Positions 59,060-64,000 of a stretch of 64,000 nt of DNA are shown here, one piece after another. Numbering within the stretch: the stretch's first letter is position 1; every line of letters begins with the position of its first letter. Origin of the DNA: an uncultured Pelagibacteraceae bacterium (lineage in GTDB: Bacteria > Pseudomonadota > Alphaproteobacteria > Pelagibacterales > Pelagibacteraceae); the NCBI GenBank assembly GCA_902631255.1, contig CACOXS010000003.1, positions 5,692-69,691 of the forward strand, in the 5' to 3' direction. The translations under genes were made by a program, and so were the position numbers. The notes below the pieces were generated by a model, which did not search any database, was not told the DNA's origin, and saw nothing but the letters and a program-made list of their open reading frames with translations.

Positions 59060-60718
59060 ATGAAAAAAGAATTATTATTTTGTCCACTAGGAGGTTCAGG
59101 TGAAATTGGAATGAACATGAATCTTTTTGGTTATGGTGAGCCTGGAAATCATAAATGGATAATGGTAGATATTGGAGTAACTTTTGCTGATGATACAATA
59201 CCGGGCATTGATCTTATATATCCAGATCCTGGATTTATTGTTGAAAGAAAAGATAATTTATTAGGAATAATATTAACACACGCACATGAGGATCATATTG
59301 GAGCAATTGCGCACTTATGGCCAAAATTAAAATGTAAGATTTTCGCAACTCCGTTTACCGCTGTATTAATTAAGGAAAAATTTAAAGAAAAACACATCGA
59401 TATAACAAAAGATTTGCAGATAGTTGAGTTAAATGGAAATGTGCTATTGGAAGATTTTGAAATCGAGTACATTACTTTAACCCATTCTATTTTAGAACCT
59501 AATGGATTAAGAATTAAAACTCCCGCAGGTGTTGTTTTACATACTGGTGACTGGAAAGTTGATCCAAATCCCCTAATAGGTGACGAAATAAATGCGAAAA
59601 GATTAAAAGAAATAGGTGATGAAGGTGTATTAGCAATGATTTGTGACTCTACAAATGTTTTTAGTGCTGGCAGATCAGGCTCAGAGTTAGATGTAAGAAA
59701 AAATTTATTAAATATAATGAGTCGTTTAAAAAAAAGAATTATAGTGACATCTTTTGCTTCAAACGTTGCTAGAATGGAGACAGCCTTTTATTGTGCTGAA
59801 CAAACTGGAAGACAAATTTCACTAGTTGGAAGATCTATGCATAGAATTTATAAAGCAGCAAGACAATGTGGATATTTACAAAATACCATTGATCCAATTG
59901 ATTCAAGAGAAGCTAAAAATTTTGCTAGAGAAAAAATAGTTTATTTGTGCACAGGAAGCCAAGGTGAACCAATGGGTGCAATGATGAGGATATCAAATTA
60001 CACACATCCTGATGTTTTTATTGAAAAAGGTGATGCAGTAATCTTCTCATCAAAGATAATTCCAGGAAATGAGAAAAAACTCTATAAATTACACAATCAG
60101 TTAGTCAAAGATGGAATTGAGGTTATCTCAGAAGAAACAGAATTTATACACGTCTCTGGACATCCAAATCGTGAGGATCTTAAAGATATGTATCAATGGG
60201 TTAAACCAAAATGTGTAATTCCTGTTCATGGAGAGCACAGACACATGATTGAACACATAAATTTTGCTAAAGAAATGCAAGTGCCTCATCCGGTTCAAGT
60301 TGAAAATGGTGATATAGTTAAGCTATACCCTGGAGAAGCACCCGAGGTATATGATAAAGCGCCCAGCGGAAGATTGTATTTAGATGGAAATGTGAGTGTA
60401 GAAGAGGATTCTCAATCAATCAAAGATAGAAAAAATTTAAGTAGCAATGGATATTTGGAAGTCACTATATTAATAACACCTAAAGGAAATATTCATAACA
60501 ACCCTGTCACAACATTTAAAGGTTTGCCCATTTATGAAAAAGATGAATTTCTTTATGGGTTAGAAGACGAAATTGAAAAAACAACAAGATCCTTTAAACT
60601 TGGAAGTAGACAGCAAGAAAGTAATTTAATAGACGCTCTTAAAATTGCTTGTAGAAAATTTACAAAAGAAAAAACAGGAAAAAGACCATATACTAATATT
60701 AATTTAGTAAGGATTTAA
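59060..60718 (+). CDS. rnj: Ribonuclease J
   Basis: PLGGSGEIGMN, THAHEDHIG, TGSQGEP, HVSGH, PVHGE. Confidence 0.96.
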   Translation: MKKELLFCPLGGSGEIGMNMNLFGYGEPGNHKWIMVDIGVTFADDTIPGIDLIYPDPGFIVERKDNLLGIILTHAHEDHIGAIAHLWPKLKCKIFATPFTAVLIKEKFKEKHIDITKDLQIVELNGNVLLEDFEIEYITLTHSILEPNGLRIKTPAGVVLHTGDWKVDPNPLIGDEINAKRLKEIGDEGVLAMICDSTNVFSAGRSGSELDVRKNLLNIMSRLKKRIIVTSFASNVARMETAFYCAEQTGRQISLVGRSMHRIYKAARQCGYLQNTIDPIDSREAKNFAREKIVYLCTGSQGEPMGAMMRISNYTHPDVFIEKGDAVIFSSKIIPGNEKKLYKLHNQLVKDGIEVISEETEFIHVSGHPNREDLKDMYQWVKPKCVIPVHGEHRHMIEHINFAKEMQVPHPVQVENGDIVKLYPGEAPEVYDKAPSGRLYLDGNVSVEEDSQSIKDRKNLSSNGYLEVTILITPKGNIHNNPVTTFKGLPIYEKDEFLYGLEDEIEKTTRSFKLGSRQQESNLIDALKIACRKFTKEKTGKRPYTNINLVRI

Positions 60719-60963
60719 TGAGTCCAACTGGCTTAGCTATTATCTATATTATTATCTGGTGGATTGTTTTTTTTGCAATTTTACCAATAGATGTTGAAAG
60801 GAAAAAAATAGTTAAAGTAGATGGTGAAGATCCGGGTTCACCAGAAAATCCTAAAATGTTAAAAAAATTCCTTTATTGTACTGGAATAACAACAATTATA
60901 TTCATAGCCATTTATTTATTAATGAAATTTGAATATTTAAATTTAAGAAATATAATCATTTAA
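60718..60963 (+). CDS. DUF1467-family small membrane protein
   Basis: IYIIIWWIVFFAILP, DPGSPENP; usual position before proS. Confidence 0.85.
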   Translation: MSPTGLAIIYIIIWWIVFFAILPIDVERKKIVKVDGEDPGSPENPKMLKKFLYCTGITTIIFIAIYLLMKFEYLNLRNIII

Positions 60964-60964
60964 C

Positions 60965-62299
60965 ATGTATATTTCTAAATCTTTTATTCCTATTTTAAAA
61001 AATAATCCCTCAGAAGCAAAAATAAAGTCTCACCAGCTAATGTTAAGAGTTGGAATGATAAAACAATCTTCAGCAGGCATATACTCTTGGTTGCCACTTG
61101 GTTTTAAAGTAATGAAAAAAATTGAAAGAATTGTCAGAGAAGAGCAAAATAAAATAGGTGCACAAGAAATACTAATGCCCACAATACAATCCAGCGAGAT
61201 TTGGAAAGAGAGTGGACGTTATGAGGATTATGGTGAGGAAATGTTACGAATAAAAGATCGTCAAGATCGAGAAATGCTTTACGGACCAACAAACGAGGAA
61301 TTAGTAACTGATATTTTTAGATCTTCTCTAAAATCATATAAATCATTACCTCAACTTCTTTATCACATTCAATGGAAATTTAGAGATGAAATCAGACCAA
61401 GATTTGGAATTATGCGATGTCGGGAATTCTATATGAAGGATGCATACTCTTTTGACATCACAGATGAAGATGCTTTATTTTCTTATAATAAATTTTTCTT
61501 ATCTTATTTAAAAACTTTTAAAAGATTAGATCTTACAGCAATTCCAATGGCAGCTGATACGGGCCCGATCGGTGGAAATCTTTCTCATGAATTTATTATT
61601 CTAGCAGAAACTGGAGAGAGTAAAATTTATGCAGATAAAAGAATATTTGACTTAAATTTTGAGGGAACAAAACTTGAAGTTAAATCCCTATTTGATTTGA
61701 GAAATCAATATGAAAAATTTTATTCAGTTACTGATGATAAATTTAAAGAGGGTGAGTTTAATGAAAAAGTTTCAGAGGAAAATAGATTGAAAACAAAAGG
61801 TATAGAAGTTGGTCATATTTTTTATTTTGGAGATAAATACTCCAAACCAATGGATGCAGCAGTCGATTTACCTGGAGGAAAAAAAGACTACGTTAAAATG
61901 GGATCTTACGGCATAGGAGTTTCAAGGTTAGTAGGAGCAATTATAGAGGCAAAATATGACGAAAAAAATGAAATCATGAAATGGCCAATTTCTGTTGCAC
62001 CATATGATATTGCGATAATTCCTATGATTAATAAAAATGATACATCTGCACTTGATAGAGCAAACAAAATAAGTTTTGAGTTAAATCAAAATAATATTGA
62101 TGCGATTATTGATGATACTGATGAAAATTTATCTTCAAAAATAAAAAAAATGAATTTGATTGGTGCTCCTTATCAAATAATTATTGGAAAACAAACCGAA
62201 GGTGATTTATTTGAATTTAAAGAAATAAATAAAGAATCTCAAAAAATTAATTTGAGAGAAATTATTAAGATTATAAATAAACAAAAAGCTCACAATTGA
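60965..62299 (+). CDS. proS: Proline-tRNA ligase (short form without insertion domain)
   Basis: GPTNEE, KFRDEIRPRFG, IEVGHIF, MGSYGIGVSR. Confidence 0.97.
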   Translation: MYISKSFIPILKNNPSEAKIKSHQLMLRVGMIKQSSAGIYSWLPLGFKVMKKIERIVREEQNKIGAQEILMPTIQSSEIWKESGRYEDYGEEMLRIKDRQDREMLYGPTNEELVTDIFRSSLKSYKSLPQLLYHIQWKFRDEIRPRFGIMRCREFYMKDAYSFDITDEDALFSYNKFFLSYLKTFKRLDLTAIPMAADTGPIGGNLSHEFIILAETGESKIYADKRIFDLNFEGTKLEVKSLFDLRNQYEKFYSVTDDKFKEGEFNEKVSEENRLKTKGIEVGHIFYFGDKYSKPMDAAVDLPGGKKDYVKMGSYGIGVSRLVGAIIEAKYDEKNEIMKWPISVAPYDIAIIPMINKNDTSALDRANKISFELNQNNIDAIIDDTDENLSSKIKKMNLIGAPYQIIIGKQTEGDLFEFKEINKESQKINLREIIKIINKQKAHN

Positions 62300-63528
62300 T
62301 TTCAACTTTAGAAAAAGAAATTACACTTAGATTTTTAAAAGCAAGAAAAAAAGACGGCTTTTTAAATGTTATATCTATTTTTTCATTTATTGGAATAAGC
62401 TTAGGAGTTGCAGTCCTAATTATTGTGATGTCAGTAATGAATGGATTTAGATCCGAGTTAATAAATAAGATAGTTGGTTTTAATGCTCATATAACTATTG
62501 ATACTTATGAAAATCAAATTCAAATTGACAAAGTAAAGAATACTAATCTCAATCTTATTGCGAGTGAAATGATATTAAGCAACTCAGGAGAAGCAATAAT
62601 TATTAAAAAAGATACCTCTAAAGGTATTATTTTAAGAGGTTATTCCAGAGAAGATTTTCCTAAACTAAAGATAATAAAAGATAAAACATTTGTAGGGAAT
62701 AAAAGTAATTTAACAGGTAACTATATCTCTTTAGGTAAAGAATTAAGTTTCACATTGAATCTTAAGCTCGGTGATGACGTATCAATAATGTCATCATCAG
62801 GTGTAGATACAATAATTGGTAGTATCCCAAAGAAAAAATCTTTTACTATTGTTTCACTGTTTGAAAGCGGCTTAGCAGATTTTGATAATAATGTAGCATT
62901 TATTAATATTGATACTCTTGATGAATTTATGAATCTCTCAAAAAATGATAGAAAACTAGAAGTTTATTTAAAGGATCCTCAAAAGATTGAAAATCAAAAA
63001 GAGATCGTTCAAAAAATATTTCCTAATGATTTTGTTTATAGTTGGGCCGATACTAACAGCTCTTTATTCTCAGCTTTAAAAGTAGAACGAAATGTAATGT
63101 TTATCATATTATCTCTTATAATTATTGTTGCAGCTTTCAATATTATTTCAGGCTTGACGATATTGGTAAAAAACAAAACTAGAGATATTGCTATTTTAAA
63201 ATCTATTGGTGTATTAAATAAATCTATTATAAAGATATTTTTTTTAGTTGGTATAATAATAGGTACAACCGCTACATTGTTTGGAATAATATTAGGGGTT
63301 ACATTTTCTATGTATGTTGAAAATGTTAGAAAATTTCTTAGTGATGTTTTTAATATAAGTTTATTTCCTGAAGAAATATATTTCTTAAGCACAATGCCGT
63401 CTGAAATAAACCCATCTTCTATTTTTATTATTTCATTGTGTTCAATTTTTATAACAATAATTGTGTCTATATTCCCAGCTATGAAGGCGGCCAAACTAGA
63501 TCCAATAAAAGCATTAAAATATGAGTAA
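62296..63528 (+). CDS. lolC: Lipoprotein-releasing ABC permease LolC/E
   Basis: LIIVMSVMNGF, VAAFNIIS, DIAILKSIG; TTG start. Confidence 0.92.
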   Translation: MISTLEKEITLRFLKARKKDGFLNVISIFSFIGISLGVAVLIIVMSVMNGFRSELINKIVGFNAHITIDTYENQIQIDKVKNTNLNLIASEMILSNSGEAIIIKKDTSKGIILRGYSREDFPKLKIIKDKTFVGNKSNLTGNYISLGKELSFTLNLKLGDDVSIMSSSGVDTIIGSIPKKKSFTIVSLFESGLADFDNNVAFINIDTLDEFMNLSKNDRKLEVYLKDPQKIENQKEIVQKIFPNDFVYSWADTNSSLFSALKVERNVMFIILSLIIIVAAFNIISGLTILVKNKTRDIAILKSIGVLNKSIIKIFFLVGIIIGTTATLFGIILGVTFSMYVENVRKFLSDVFNISLFPEEIYFLSTMPSEINPSSIFIISLCSIFITIIVSIFPAMKAAKLDPIKALKYE

Positions 63529-64000
63529 TTTAATTCAGTTATCAAAAATTAGTAAAAACTTTTTAAGTTTAAAAAGGATAAATGTTTTAAAAAAAATTTC
63601 ATATAAATTTAAGTCTGGAAAAATTTATTCCCTAATAGGACCCTCAGGCTCAGGTAAATCAACTTTATTAAATTTATTGTCCTTAATAGATCGACCAAGT
63701 TCAGGATCTATAATAATTGATAATAAAAAGATTGATCCAAACAATTCTCAAAAAAATGATCTATTAAGAGCTAATAAAATCGGGATAATTTATCAACAAG
63801 ATAATCTTCTTTCTGATTTTACAGCAATAGAAAACTTAACCTTAGCTAGTTTAGCAACCGGTAAAAATAAAGAGGACGCTTCAAATATATCAAAAATAAT
63901 GCTCAAAAAAGTTGGTCTAGCAAAAAGATTAAATCACTACCCTTCACAATTATCTGGTGGTGAGAAACAAAGAGTATCGATTGCTAGAGCTTTAATAAAT
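63521..64000 (+). CDS. lolD: Lipoprotein-releasing ABC ATPase LolD (partial, runs off window)
   Basis: MSNLIQL start overlapping the lolC stop; Walker A GPSGSGKST; signature LSGGEKQRV. Confidence 0.92.
   Translation, partial: MSNLIQLSKISKNFLSLKRINVLKKISYKFKSGKIYSLIGPSGSGKSTLLNLLSLIDRPSSGSIIIDNKKIDPNNSQKNDLLRANKIGIIYQQDNLLSDFTAIENLTLASLATGKNKEDASNISKIMLKKVGLAKRLNHYPSQLSGGEKQRVSIARALIN

Overview
AT-rich, gene-dense alphaproteobacterial chromosome segment. Gene content and order point to SAR11/Pelagibacterales: amtB with no PII gene beside it, aprMBA with no sat, and minimal intergenic DNA. This taxonomic call is inference. Left part (1-14.5 kb): housekeeping and sulfur/folate genes (rseP, HU, amtB, GT9, rhodanese, recX, cysQ, mnmA, metC, MFS, pabB/A/C, HIT). 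Middle part (14.5-34 kb): an organosulfonate/sulfite cluster containing aprMBA, a TauE-family exporter, suyAB, xsc, an FAD oxidoreductase, an HpsO-like SDR, TerC, an IseJ-like GMC dehydrogenase, a TRAP transporter, an NCS1 permease and a second SDR. A ~430-bp repeat-bounded islet interrupts this cluster. Right part (37.4-64 kb): conserved core block tRNA-Leu, tig, clpP, clpX, lon, tRNA-Val, tRNA-Asp, nuoA-N, birA, coaX, rnj, proS, lolC/E, lolD. Reading the gaps by hand gave nine ORFs under 60 aa that are missing from the ORF track. They include two paralogous 39-aa membrane microproteins and a 27-aa Lys/Arg-rich ribosomal-protein-like peptide. There is also a structured sRNA candidate in the amtB 3' region. 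Family assignments come from motif recognition only; no searches were run.
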